Notes under the pieces: generated by a model
Databases searched by the model: none
The model's input: only the letters and a program-made list of their open reading frames with translations
What the model was told of the DNA's origin: nothing
Made by a program: the position numbers and the translations under genes
Shown here: positions 20,592-31,532 of the stretch, in pieces
How positions within the stretch are numbered: the first letter of the stretch is position 1
Layout of the letters: every line of letters starts with the position of its first letter
Source: an uncultured Gemmatimonadales bacterium
GTDB taxonomy: Bacteria; Gemmatimonadota; Gemmatimonadetes; Gemmatimonadales; GWC2-71-9
Direction of reading: 5' to 3'
Assembly (NCBI GenBank): GCA_963821525.1
Contig: CAWGED010000019.1
Location: 480,001 to 544,000, forward strand
Length of the DNA stretch: 64,000 nucleotides

Positions 20592-21005
20592 TCAGCGCAT
20601 GAACAAGCGGTTGCCAAGCACCCGGTTAGTGGCATTCAGAACGGCCAGGGCGGCGCCTCGCGGCGTGTCTTCCTCGGTAAGAAAACAGCCCACCAGGCGG
20701 GGACCTTCCCGTTCCGTCGGGATGGAGAGCGAAACGATCACCACATTCGCGTCGAAGGCCCGGACCGCTTTCACTCCCAGCAATTCGAACTTGATGGCCC
20801 CCTGGACCGCCTTCGTCAGAGCCATAACGCAAGCCTGGGCGGCACAACGCAACTCGCCCGCCTGGGATGTCAGGCCTTCGGCCTCCGCGGTGTAATCCTC
20901 CGAGTCACGCAATTGGAGGGTGACCCGGGCACGACAGCGCCCGTTGGGCAGCCGGTCGAGCAGGAAGTCGGTAAACCGCAGTCGATCAGGGGCGGCAACG
21001 GGCAT
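20592..21005 (-). CDS. Hypothetical protein
   Basis: 137-aa ORF with globular composition filling the gap between genes; ends AVLNATNRVL. Confidence 0.6.
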   Translation of the reverse strand: MPVAAPDRLRFTDFLLDRLPNGRCRARVTLQLRDSEDYTAEAEGLTSQAGELRCAAQACVMALTKAVQGAIKFELLGVKAVRAFDANVVIVSLSIPTEREGPRLVGCFLTEEDTPRGAALAVLNATNRVLGNRLFMR

Positions 21006-21057
21006 GGTGTTCCGAGTCAGTTGGCGCAGAGGCGCGGGTTTAGGATACCTTACGCCA

Positions 21058-21951
21058 ATGCGAAACCCATGCCTCGTAGCCCTGCTCCTCGGAGCGGTGG
21101 CTAGCCCCGCCCGGGCCCAGGACCCGGGCTCTCTTCGGGCCGCCCTGTCATCGCGGATCGGGCAGGATACCGCGGTCGTCGGGCTCAGCTTCCTGGACCC
21201 AGCCCGGGGTGATTCCCTCGATATCCAGGGGGGGCTCCGATTTCACGCCGCCAGTACGATGAAGGTTCCCGTCCTCATCGAGCTGGGCCGCCGGGTCGAC
21301 GCGGGTGAGCTGAAATGGGACGACAGCCTCCTGGTCCACAACGAGTTCCGGTCGCTGGTGGACGGCTCGACCTATGTGCTGGACCTGAAGGACGATTCCG
21401 ATTCCAGCATGTACACCCATGAGGGACAGCGCCTGCCGATCCGGGAACTCGCCAGCATCATGATTACCCGCAGCAGCAACCTGGCGACCAACCTGTTGAT
21501 CACCCGGCTGGACCCCAAGCGAGTGGACGCGACCGCCCACAAGCTTGGCGCCGACTCGATACACGTACTGCGTGGCGTCGAGGACGGCAAGGCCTACGCT
21601 CTGGGAATGAACAACACCACCACCGCACGGGATCTGGCGGTGCTGCTGCGCGCGCTGGCCAAGGGTACCGCCGCCTCTCCCGCGAGCACTCGGGTGATGC
21701 TCGACATGCTGCTGGGCCAGGAATTCAACGACGGGATCCCGGCGGGACTGCCGCCCGGGGTGAAAGTCGCTCACAAGACCGGCGAGATCACCGCCCTCCT
21801 GCACGACGCGGCGATCATCTTTCCGCCAGGCCGAGAGCCGTATGTACTGGTGATCCTCACTCGAGGGCTGCCGGAACACGACAGCCTGGCGAAGCTGCAG
21901 GCTGATCTATCGCGGGTGGTTTACGACTGGGCGACGCGCCCGGCTTCCTAG
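21058..21951 (+). CDS. Class A beta-lactamase-like serine hydrolase
   Basis: Signal peptide; STMK (SxxK), SSN, HKTG motifs. Confidence 0.85.
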   Translation: MRNPCLVALLLGAVASPARAQDPGSLRAALSSRIGQDTAVVGLSFLDPARGDSLDIQGGLRFHAASTMKVPVLIELGRRVDAGELKWDDSLLVHNEFRSLVDGSTYVLDLKDDSDSSMYTHEGQRLPIRELASIMITRSSNLATNLLITRLDPKRVDATAHKLGADSIHVLRGVEDGKAYALGMNNTTTARDLAVLLRALAKGTAASPASTRVMLDMLLGQEFNDGIPAGLPPGVKVAHKTGEITALLHDAAIIFPPGREPYVLVILTRGLPEHDSLAKLQADLSRVVYDWATRPAS

Positions 21952-22187
21952 CCGAGGCGTTCGTTCAACGCATCAGTGAGCTTCTCGGAGGTCATCCTGT
22001 CGGCCTTGGCAAACAGGTCGCTTGGAGATGGGGCCTCGAGAGTGGTCTGAGCCCAGATCGATTTGTGCCTTGGGGTATTCGGACGAAACGCCAGAACCAA
22101 TCGCCAGGCAGAACTCCGCTGAGTCTTTTCGGCCACCGGTGAAACGTTCCAGTGCGTACCACCTACGGTAATTTCTCGCCACGCCAT
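21948..22187 (-). CDS. Small hypothetical protein
   Basis: 79-aa ATG-start ORF with protein-like composition; stop overlaps the convergent gene's stop. Confidence 0.55.
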   Translation of the reverse strand: MAWREITVGGTHWNVSPVAEKTQRSSAWRLVLAFRPNTPRHKSIWAQTTLEAPSPSDLFAKADRMTSEKLTDALNERLG

Positions 22188-22297
22188 ATCGTTGCCTGAG
22201 AGCTGGGTTTGCGACGGGCGCTGAATGTGGAGCGCGCCCTGCCTCGGGTCAAGAGACCCAAGTCACTATTAAGGAAGTCGCTTGCCCAGCTCTACGG

Positions 22298-23152
22298 TCA
22301 GGCGCGGGTGTACTGGCGGAATCTCGCCATGAGATCCCGGGTGACGGGCCCGGCCTTCCCCGCTCCGACCGTACGCCCGTCAACCATGCGGATCGGTGCT
22401 ATCTCCGCCGCGGTACCGGTAAAGAAGGCTTCGTCGGCGGTGTAAAGATCGTAGCGATTGATGATGGTCTCGACGACGCGGTGTCCCGCCTCGGTCGCAA
22501 TCTCGATGACGACGTCCCGAGTCACACCCTTGAGAATCCCGGACCACACAGCCGGAGTGTAGAGCAGGTCCTCCTTAACCACGAAGAGGTTCATCCCGGA
22601 CGCCTCGGCGACATGCCCGGCGCTGTCCAGCATGATGACCTCGTCGGCGTTGGCGGTGGTCCCCTCGACCTTGGCCAGGATGTGGCAGAGATAGTTGAGC
22701 GACTTTACCCGCGGGGAGATCGACTCGCGATGTGGAATCGGGGTCCCGGCGGTGATGACAGAGAGCCCGGCCTCGTAGCGCTCGGCAGGCCAGAGGCTAA
22801 TGGTGTCGAAGATGATGATGACGGAAGCTCGCGGACATTTCCGCGGATCGAGACCCAGATCCCCGACGCCGCGGGTAACCACATGGCGGAGGTACGCTTC
22901 CTTTATACCGGACCGCCGGACACCTTCTTCGGTCACCGCCATCATCTCATCTTTGGAGATGGGCACTTCGAGCAGGATGGCCTTGGCCGAATCGTACAGC
23001 CGATCGACGTGCTGTTTCAGCTTGAAGGTCTTGCCGCCGTAGACCCGCATGCCCTCGAACACACCGTCACCGTACAGCAGCCCGTGGTCGAAGACGGAGA
23101 TTTTGGCGTTATTGCGATCGTACCACTGGCCGTCAATGTAGATGACAGTCAC
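22298..23152 (-). CDS. ilvE: Branched-chain amino acid aminotransferase
   Basis: DHGLLYGDGVFEG, KSLNYL, ILKGVTR, ADEAFFTGTAAEI. Confidence 0.93.
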   Translation of the reverse strand: MTVIYIDGQWYDRNNAKISVFDHGLLYGDGVFEGMRVYGGKTFKLKQHVDRLYDSAKAILLEVPISKDEMMAVTEEGVRRSGIKEAYLRHVVTRGVGDLGLDPRKCPRASVIIIFDTISLWPAERYEAGLSVITAGTPIPHRESISPRVKSLNYLCHILAKVEGTTANADEVIMLDSAGHVAEASGMNLFVVKEDLLYTPAVWSGILKGVTRDVVIEIATEAGHRVVETIINRYDLYTADEAFFTGTAAEIAPIRMVDGRTVGAGKAGPVTRDLMARFRQYTRA

Positions 23153-23282
23153 TCGAAATCCTCACCGAAAGCAGCTGATCCTGGGCTCACACCGGCGGGG
23201 AATGTCGCAGGGGGCAGCGGCAGATGGAAGGGGTGGTTTGCCGCCTCCAACCCTCACAGCGATATTAGCGGAAGCGGAGCGA

Positions 23283-23355
23283 TGAGGGCGGTGGGAATCG
23301 AACCCACGACCTAGAGATTAAAAGTCTCTTGCTCTACCAATTGAGCTACGCCCTC
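23283..23355 (-). tRNA. tRNA-Lys (TTT)
   Basis: Reverse complement GAGGGCGTAGCTCAATTGGTAGAGCAAGAGACTTTTAATCTCTAGGTCGTGGGTTCGATTCCCACCGCCCTCA folds as a cloverleaf. Confidence 0.97.
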
Positions 23356-23413
23356 GGCCGACCAAACGTGGGCGCCCCGCGAAAGAAACTCAAGGCCTCA
23401 CCTGGAGGTTACG

Positions 23414-23809
23414 ATGGCTCCTCGCCTGGCGCTGTTGCTGAGCGCGCTCGCGCTAGTGCCCGGCGCGATCCGGGCGCAGGATACGCCGAAGCCGTCGGAT
23501 GACCGGTGGCAGATCGGACTGGAGAACGGGCAGTACATCTGGGACATCCGGCTGGTGCGCCTGCAGGGCGACACGCTGGTGTTTCGCCAGGCCGATACGC
23601 TGGGGACCGTGAGCGTGCAGCAGATCGGCGAGCTGCGGCTGATCCAGAAGTCCACCATGCGGATCGGTCAGGGCGCCGCAGCCGGCGGAGCGATCAGCGC
23701 GCTCACCGGCTCGGACGACGAGGTGTACGATCTGCTCACCCTCGACTACCCGGCACGGATTCGCTCGATCCAACAGATCCTCCTGCTCCACCCACCACCC
23801 TCACCGTAA
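23414..23809 (+). CDS. Secreted hypothetical protein
   Basis: RBS GGAGG upstream; signal peptide ending IRA-Q. Confidence 0.65.
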   Translation: MAPRLALLLSALALVPGAIRAQDTPKPSDDRWQIGLENGQYIWDIRLVRLQGDTLVFRQADTLGTVSVQQIGELRLIQKSTMRIGQGAAAGGAISALTGSDDEVYDLLTLDYPARIRSIQQILLLHPPPSP

Positions 23810-23860
23810 CCCGAGGCCGGTGACCTGCATCCCGCACACCTCACGACTCGAGGCGCCGTA

Positions 23861-24844
23861 ATGGATTGGAACAACCTGGCCGATCGCGTCCTCTCCGGAG
23901 CGGAGCCGGAACGGACGGATGCGCTCGGCGTTCTCGAATCCGGCGACGACGAGCTGCTCGGCGTCCTTCACGCCTCGTTCCGGATCCGGCAGCGCTATCA
24001 CGGGCGGGACGTTCGGATCCACGTCCTGCAGAACGCCAAGAGTGGATTGTGCCCGGAAGACTGCGCCTTCTGCAGCCAGTCGGCGCGCTTTCACACTGGG
24101 GTAGATCGCTATCAGGTACTCTCGGTCGATGAGCTGTACGAGGGAGCCGTGCAGGCCGCGGCCCTCGGCGCGGTGAAGTATTGCATGGTGACGAGTACGA
24201 GAGGTCCGTCCCAGCGGGAGCTGGATGTGATTTGTACGGCCGTTCGGCGAATCAAGGCCGACATCAACATCAACGTGTGTACTTCCCTCGGACTGCTGTC
24301 GGAGGGTCAGGCCGAGCAGCTCGCGGCGGCGGGGGTGACGCGGTTCAATCACAACCTGGAGAGTTCTCGAGACCATTTCCCCGAGGTTTGCTCGACCCAT
24401 AGCTACGATGACCGGATTCGCACGGTGCGCGCCGCGAAGGCGGCAGGGATGGAAGCGTGCTGCGGCGGCATCATGGGAATGGGTGAGACCTTCGAGGACC
24501 GGGTTGCGCTCGCCTTCGAGGTGCGGGAGCTCGAAGTGGAATCCATTCCGGTCAACTTCCTCGATCCCCGACCCGGCACTCCGATGGCCGACCAGTCCCG
24601 CCTTTCGCCGGCCGATTGTCTCCGCGCCCTCGCGATGTTTCGCTTCGTGAACCCATCGAGAGATATTCGAATCGCCGGAGGCCGGGAAACCAATCTCCGG
24701 CAGCTCCAGGCGCTGGCACTCTATCCCGCGAATTCGCTCTTCTGCAATGGGTATCTCACGACTCCCGGCCAGGGAGCTGAGGCAGACATCCGGATGATCA
24801 CCGACGCCGGATTCCGGGTGGCCGAGCTGGTCCCCGCCATTTAG
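23861..24844 (+). CDS. bioB: Biotin synthase
   Basis: Radical SAM CPEDCAFC, HNLE, CCGGIMGMGE, SIPVNFL, RIAGGRE, GYLTT. Confidence 0.96.
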   Translation: MDWNNLADRVLSGAEPERTDALGVLESGDDELLGVLHASFRIRQRYHGRDVRIHVLQNAKSGLCPEDCAFCSQSARFHTGVDRYQVLSVDELYEGAVQAAALGAVKYCMVTSTRGPSQRELDVICTAVRRIKADININVCTSLGLLSEGQAEQLAAAGVTRFNHNLESSRDHFPEVCSTHSYDDRIRTVRAAKAAGMEACCGGIMGMGETFEDRVALAFEVRELEVESIPVNFLDPRPGTPMADQSRLSPADCLRALAMFRFVNPSRDIRIAGGRETNLRQLQALALYPANSLFCNGYLTTPGQGAEADIRMITDAGFRVAELVPAI

Positions 24845-24846
24845 GA

Positions 24847-26242
24847 ATGTCGGGCCCAGGCGCGGCCCGCTTTCGTATGGATCTCCCCAATAAGGAACGG
24901 CTCGAGGCGTGGGACGATGCTCATCTCTGGCATCCCTTCACGCCGCATTCGGTTTATCGCGAGGAAGACCCGCTGCTCGTGGTCGCCGGTGAAGGCCACT
25001 ACCTGATCGACAGCGATGGGCGAAGGTACCTGGATGGAGTCGGGTCTCTCTGGTGCAACCTGTTCGGCCACCGAAGACCCGAAATAGACGCCGCGGTACA
25101 CTCCCAGCTCGATCGCATTGCTCATGCGACGCTGCTGGGGCATGCGAGCGCGCCGGCGGTGCAACTCGCGAAGCGGCTGGCCGATCTGGCGCCGGCGGGT
25201 CTCACCCGAGTGTTCTTCTCCGACGACGGCTCCACCGCGGTCGAAGTGGCGCTCAAGATGGCGCTGCAGTTCTGGCAACAGACCGACGGTGGCCGGCAAT
25301 CCCAGCGTCGCAGCTTCGTGACTCTGGGACTCGCCTACCACGGAGACACGGTGGGATCGGTCTCGCTCGGTGGAATCGATCTCTTCCACGAGCGGTACCG
25401 GCCGCTGCTTGTTCCAGACCGTTCGCGCGCCGTCCCCCTACTGCTACCGCTGCCCGCTGCAGCTCGAGCGTGCGACGTGCGGGCTCGCCTGCATCGAAGA
25501 GCTGGAGCGCATCGTGTTGGCCGAGGGAGATCGGTGCGCCGCGGTGGTAATCGAGTCGGGAATGCAGGGCGCGGCCGGTATGGTAGTGCAGCCGGAAGGT
25601 TTTCTGCGGCGGGCTCGGGCGGTGGCGGATCGGGTGGGAGCGTTGCTGGTGCTGGATGAGGTCGCTACCGGCTTCGGACGGTCGGGTCACATGTTCGCGT
25701 GCCAGACCGATGGTGTCACTCCGGATCTGCTCTGCCTCGGCAAGGGACTTACCGGCGGTTATCTCCCGATGGCCGCGACTCTGACGACCGAGCGAATCTT
25801 CGAGGCGTTCAAGGGGCCACCAGCGGAAGGCCGCACTTTCTTTCACGGGCACACTTACACCGGCAATGCGCTCGCGAGTGCGGCGGCCCTAGCGACACTG
25901 GACATTTTCGAGCAAGATCACGTCCTGGAGCGGCTTCCAGCCAGGATCGAACGACTTGGGAATGAATTGAAGCGGCTGCGGGACCTGCCCGCAGTCGGAG
26001 ACGTGCGGCAGTTCGGTCTGGCTGCCGGTGTCGAGCTGGTGGCCGATAGGAAGACGCGAATGCCTTATCCGGCGGCCGAGCGACGGGGGATGCGGGTCTG
26101 CCGGGCCGCCCGCACTCGTGGGGTTTTTCTTCGCCCGTTGGGCGACGTGATCGTGCTGATGCCGCCGCTTTCAATCACTGAACCGGAAATCACTCAACTC
26201 GTCGATGCCATCGAGTTTGGCATCCGGGAGATCTGTCCATGA
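24847..26242 (+). CDS. bioA: DAPA aminotransferase, apparent frameshift near 25410
   Basis: LWHPFT, DGSTAVEVALKMA, YHGDT in ORF 24847; DEVATGFGRSG, GKGLTGGYLP, FHGHTYTGN in ORF ending 26242. Confidence 0.92.
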
Positions 26243-26981
26243 CCCCACCGCCCTCACCGAAGAAGGCGACCAAGCCGCGGACCTCGAAGCGTGCGGCCGA
26301 GCCGAACGTTACCGCGCCGCGGCTTCCGGTCACCCTCGTGGTGGGCACCGACACGGCGGTGGGCAAGACGTGGATCACCTGTGCCCTGGCCAAGGCACTA
26401 ATGGCGGCGGGGCAGCACGTCATCGCCGTGAAACCGTTCGAGACCGGTGTCCCTTCCGGAGTTCCTGAGGACGGAGAGCTGCTGGCCCAGGCAACGGGAC
26501 AGGCCGAGCCACGTCAAGCGTTGGTGAGACTGAAATCTCCGCTCGCGGTGGCGGTCGCGGCGGATCAGGAGGGGGTGACAATCGACTACGAAGCCGTCCT
26601 CAGCAAGGTTCGGGAGTACGCACGGCCCGACGTGTTTCTACTGGTGGAGGGCGTAGGCGGGTTGCTGGCGCCGGTAACCTGGAGCGACAACGCGCTCGAC
26701 ATGGCGCACAGCCTCAACGCGCGCGTGCTGGTCGTCTCCAGCGACGGCTGGGCACCATCAATCACACCCTGCTCACGCTGCGGGTGCTCAAGGCCGAGAA
26801 GTTGCCGATCCTGGGCGTGGTGCTGAACCAGCCGGCCGAGCCGGACGAGAGTTCTCCCTCCAATGCGGGCGCCATTTCACGGCTTGCCAATACGGATTCC
26901 GTGGTCCGGGTGCCGCACATGGACGATCCGGATCTCGCCACGGAGGCGGTGAAGGAGGTGGCGGGGTGGCTGCTGCCGTAG
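26239..26981 (+). CDS. bioD: Dethiobiotin synthase, apparent frameshift near 26745
   Basis: GTDTAVGKT, KPFETG, VEGVGG; LGTINHTLLT...GVVLN continues in the shifted frame to stop 26981. Confidence 0.9.
26959..26981 (+). repeat. 23-bp direct repeat, left copy (bioD 3' end)
   Basis: tggcggggtggctgctgccgtag, identical to 31978-32000. Confidence 0.9.
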
Positions 26982-27049
26982 GTGCACTGGCTGGGATGGG
27001 GGTTGGTACAGAGGCAACTCAAGTAAGAGTTATGCGGATGCTCAGGCCT

Positions 27050-27340
27050 TATGCGCGTCGGCTGCTATGGACTCCTATAAGTACACATCCAATAGTGGAC
27101 GAACTGGCGAGGCCCCTTTGGCAGGCTTCGCCATCCGCGGTCTTGAACTGGTTGTCAACTTGATCACCGAGAAGAGAAGCAGAGGTGCTTGAGAAACAAG
27201 GTTGGCAAGCACGAGATGGGCAGATTCCTACGCGGCGCATGAACACCCAGGCCACCTTCGGGTGGTCTTTTCAGGACTGCGTATCGCGAAGGATCTAGAT
27301 CTACGTCGACATCTTGACGCTCTTTGAGACTCTTGGTAGA
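27050..27340 (+). pseudogene. Possible degenerate DUF1801 (YdhG-like) gene remnant
   Basis: Fragments in different frames SYKYTSNSGRTGEAPLAGFAIRG, VGKHEMGR and KDLDL resemble the DUF1801 pattern as recalled, not searched. Confidence 0.4.
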
Positions 27341-27570
27341 TGGCCTTCAGATGCACCCAAGGGTCTCTTAATGCCGGAGAACAAAGAGAACGGCGAGCCG
27401 TCGATTTGTCGGCTTCCGGGCGCTGGTTACTACCTTGCTCCAACCCATATACGCAATGATTCGAGCCCTCGACGACGGGGGACCGGGGAAGGCAACGAGG
27501 TGTGCCGGCGGACCCGGGATAGTCAGGGAAGAATTTCTCGTGATCAACTGAAGAACGCGACAGAGGCGTT

Positions 27571-30500
27571 ATGGCGCAGGCGAGTCGAGGACGCGACACC
27601 GGCCGAGGCGATGAGGGACCCGAAGTCCGGAAGATCCAAGAACTCCTCCAGACGGTCGGCATGAAGGTCACGGTGGATGGTTTGTTCGGAGCCACCACCG
27701 AAGAATCGGTACGACGCTTTCAGGAACAGCGCGGGCTGGAGACGACTGGCCGCGTAGATGCGTCTACATTGGACGCGTTGGTTGCCCGGGCCAAGTCTCC
27801 CGACCAACCGGATCGCAAAGAAGCAAATCCCGCCAAGCAAGACATTCCGAATGCCGTCAAGCAGTCCAAGGCCGAATCTGCGCCTCGCACCAGCAGATCG
27901 GAACGGCTGTTCGATCCCGTCGCCTTCTTCCGCCGCCTGAGCCCGTCCTCCCGCAGCGCGCTTGGCGTGGCCGACGGATGAAGAGCGGACCCAGTGACCG
28001 GGTCCATATGGAACAGCTCATCATGGGGCTGTTTCTGAAACAGGATGGCCCAGCCGAAAAGCTGTTCAAGGAGGCCGGGATCAATAACGAGGACGAGCTC
28101 CGGGCGGTGTTGGGGGAGTCGGTAGAGGTCTCGCTGCCCCGGCAGGGCAGCTATACGCCCACCGAGCTCACCGAGCTGCCTACCCTGTCCGCGCACGCCC
28201 AGATCGCGATCGAGGCGGCGCAAGGGATCGCGGATGAGAAGAAGTCGGCGCAGGTCCAGAGCCGGCACCTGCTCTACGGCGCTCTCTCCCTCGAGTACTG
28301 CCATGTCATCAAGGCGCTGCTCGACCGGGGGATTCGGAAGGACGAGATCGAGCTCAGCGACCGGACGATCCCCGAGGTGGACGAGGACGTGATCGCCGGC
28401 TGCAGCAATGACGTGGCCGGCGGAAAGGACCTGCTCAGCATCGACGACGAGGTCGACGCGTTGAGCGCGCTGGTCGCGGCGCGGGATGTCAAGCCGCCAC
28501 TCTCGATCGGACTGTTTGGCGACTGGGGCAGCGGGAAGAGCTTCTTCATGCAGGAGATGGAAAAACGGATCAATGCCCTGCGTGACGAGGCCCGCGCCAA
28601 CGATAGCTCGCCGTTCTGTCCTCACATCGTGCAGCTCTGGTTCAATGCCTGGCACTACATCGACAAGAGTCTCTGGGCGACCCTCGGGGCGCAAATCTTT
28701 GATGGCCTGGCCCAGAGCCTGACCGACGAGCAAGTCCGGAAGCGCGGCATTTCGGAAACTCAGGAGCAGCGTACCCTGCTACTGGCTCAAAAGACCGCCG
28801 CCGAGAACAAGCTGGCCGAAGCCAGGCAGGCGGCCGACGCGGCGGAGGGTAAGCTGGTCGAGCGGCAACGCGTGGTCGATGAAACCCAGAACCGCACCGA
28901 TGCCGCGATCGAAAAGAGCCTCGGCACAAAGGCGGTCGCGAGTGAGATCGTCAGGTTCGTCACCAGCCAGCCCGGGATCAAGGAACAACTCGACCAAGGG
29001 CGAAAGCAACTCGGCCTGGACCCGCTCAGTGCGGCGGCCGGGAACCTGGACGATCAGATCAAGGAAACGCTGGAGCTCGCTTCCTTCAGCAAGAACGTCA
29101 TCAGCTCGCTCACCGGCAAAGGCAGCGCCAGGTTCTGGGTCATTTCGGTCATTGTGGTATTGGTCGGATTGGTTGCCGGCGGCTGGATCGTCGCGAAGCT
29201 CCTCCCAGTCGGCAGGTACATCTCCGCGGCTACCACCGCGCTCGTCGCGTTCAGTGCCTGGGTCCGCCCCGTGCTCGCGAAAGCCAAATCCGCGGCCAAG
29301 GTTGTCGCCGATGCCCGCGAGAGCCTGAAGACCAAGATCGACGCGGCTCGGCAGCAGCGCGTGGCCGAGGCGGAGCAGGAGCGACAGGAAGCGGAAAACC
29401 AGGCGGTGGCGAAACGAAAGGAGGTCGAAGCCGTAACGAACGAGGTGGCCGACCTGAACGAAAAGCTTGACAAGCTGATGCCAGACCGGCGACTCAGCGA
29501 CTTCATCCAGAGCCGGAACAAAGGCGACGAATACAGGAAGTACTTCGGGGTGATTGCCCGGGCCCGGCAGGACTTCGAGGAACTGACCCGGCTCATGGGA
29601 CTGGTCGAGAAACACCGGCCGGACGAGGCCAAGGGCGAGCGGGCGATGAACTTCCCCCCGATCAACCGCATCGTGCTGTACATCGACGACCTGGACCGCT
29701 GCCCGGAGAGGAAGGTCTTCCAGGTCCTCCAGGCCGTGCACCTGCTGCTGGCGTTTCCGCTATTCGTGGTGGTTGTCGGGGTGGATTCTCGCTGGCTGCT
29801 GCACTCGCTTCGGCAGCAACTCGCCGCCTTCGACAGCATGAAGGACGAAGAGGCGACCGAGGAGGAGCGCAACCACTGGCAATCGACGCCGCTCAGCTAT
29901 CTGGAGAAGATCTTCCAGATCCCCTTTGCGCTGCGACGGATGGAGCGGAAGGGCTACGACAACCTGATCGACGACCTCTCAAAGGCGGTAACTCAGCCGC
30001 CTGTCCCCGGGGAGACGTCTTCATTGCCTCCCCCGGCCCATGATGGGCAGAAGGGGACGGTGAGTACCACAGAAACCGCGACCGGTACCGGGGAGACGCC
30101 GAAGCGCACGGACCAGGAGGCTTCTGGAGAGAAGAAGCCGATGCCGACGACAACCGAAGAAAAGGAAACCAAGCAGGCCGTCGCCGCCAAAGCGCGAGGA
30201 CACCTGCGCCTGGAGGACTGGGAGCGGCAGCACATGAAACGGCTGTACGCCCTGCTCCCTTCCCCGCGCGCGACCAAGCGGTACGTGAACGTGTATCGCC
30301 TGCTCCGAGCGACTGTGCGGGGGGCCGATCGCGACCGGCTGATCAATCCCAACCTGGTGGATCACCGACAGGTGTTGCTACTGCTGGCCATGCTGACCGG
30401 CTATCCGGCGCAGACGACCGAGATCATCCGGCAGTGGTGGAGGGGTTGGAGCCTTCTGCCGCCACGAAACTTGATTGGTGGAAGTTCATTGACAGCATCG

Positions 30501-30781
30501 AGAAGCAAGTCTTTCCGACGACGGAGCCGGCGCTAGCCCACCCGCCCGGCGCCCGCCGGTCGACCAAGGTGTTCCGCATCGACCGGCCCCCGATTTCCCA
30601 CGAGCTGGAAGAGGACACGGAGGAGGGGGACCGGGCCCAGTGGCGGGCCCTGTTCGAGGATCTCCGGGTCCTCAGGATCGAGCTCGAGGATGCGTTCACC
30701 TGCGCCGAGATGCAGCGCTGGGCTCCGGCGGTGGCGCGGTATTCGTTTGCGTCGGGGCGGCTGTTCTTGAACAACGCGTGA
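27571..30781 (+). CDS. Peptidoglycan-binding + Clp-N repeat + KAP-family P-loop NTPase; apparent frameshifts near 27978 and 30435
   Basis: PG_binding_1-like RGDEGPEVRKIQELL...VDGLFGATTEESVRRFQEQRGLETTGRVD; Clp-N-like repeats; Walker A GLFGDWGSGKS; two TM helices; Walker B IVLYIDDLDRC; YLEKIFQIPF. Confidence 0.85.
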
Positions 30782-30934
30782 TGAACCTCGGCGGGACGCA
30801 ATGCGGCGCATCGACCAAAGGATTCATGCGGATCTGAATTTTTCTGTACCCTGGTTCGTTGGCCCTGCGAAACAGAGCTCCAAGAAACCGGCAGGCCGAT
30901 AGGAGGGGCAACGTGCCAAGCTCGATTCGTTCGG

Positions 30935-31012
30935 CCAGCTTACATGGAACGTAGAGTTGTGGACGTGGACTCCCATTCTTGTCGCCCGCAGGTGAAGCGC
31001 GGGCCGTTAGGC
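30935..31012 (+). mobile_element. Integron attC site, left arm lost
   Basis: 30981-31010 is identical to 31486-31515; ends in core GTTAGGC (GTTRRRY). Confidence 0.75.
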
Positions 31013-31041
31013 TGTCTGACCCCCGCAACTGAGGAGGCCTC

Positions 31042-31419
31042 TTGGAGCCCTATGACGCCTCGATGGCCCCGCCCCCGTGGCGCGTCGCCCGCCATATGGC
31101 TCTACGGGCCTGGGCCTTACTCCCCCTTTTGGTTGGCACACTGGCTAGCGGGATGGCCATCTACCACTGGGTTGAGCGGTTGCCCTGGGCCGACTCGTTC
31201 TTGAACGCTGCGATGTTGCTGGGGGTATGGGTCCCGTCGACCGCCTCCACACGACGGCAGGCAAATGGCTCGCTGGTAGTTATGCCCTCTTTGCCGGCCT
31301 CGTGTTCATCGTCCTTGCTGGCGTCATGCTTGGACCGGTGATTCATGCTGTGTTACATCGCTTCCATCTCGAGGGCAAACGCAGAGCCCTCAATCAGGAT
31401 GATTGTACCAGCAGCCTAA
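31042..31419 (+). CDS. Integron cassette gene: small membrane protein (two TM helices, ion-channel-like loop), frameshift near 31226
   Basis: RBS GAGGAGG + TTG; WADSFLNAAMLLG / MGPV...GKWLAGSYALFAGLVF...LHRFHLE split at a G run; 3' end uncertain. Confidence 0.65.
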
Positions 31420-31517
31420 CCAGCGCTTGCACCTGTCGGGCGCGGTACTTTAAAGGAAGCCATCCGGTTGTGAACTCGTACACTCGTCGCCCGCAGGTGA
31501 AGCGCGGGCCGTTAGTA
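31414..31517 (+). mobile_element. Complete integron attC site
   Basis: Inverse core GCCTAAC; gcgcttgcacctgtcgggcg pairs with cgcccgcaggtgaagcgc apart from extra-helical bases; core GTTAGTA. Confidence 0.85.
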
Positions 31518-31532
31518 CAGCCGCAGGCGTTC

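Noticed and set aside
15923..23355. tRNA-targeted island or prophage at tRNA-Asn or tRNA-Lys
   Set aside because: No integrase, no duplicated tRNA 3' end noticed, and flanking genes are housekeeping
27010..27038. dif site (minus strand catccgcataa-ctctta-cttgagttgcc)
   Set aside because: The XerC-like arm is plausible, but the XerD arm does not match TTATGTTAAAT
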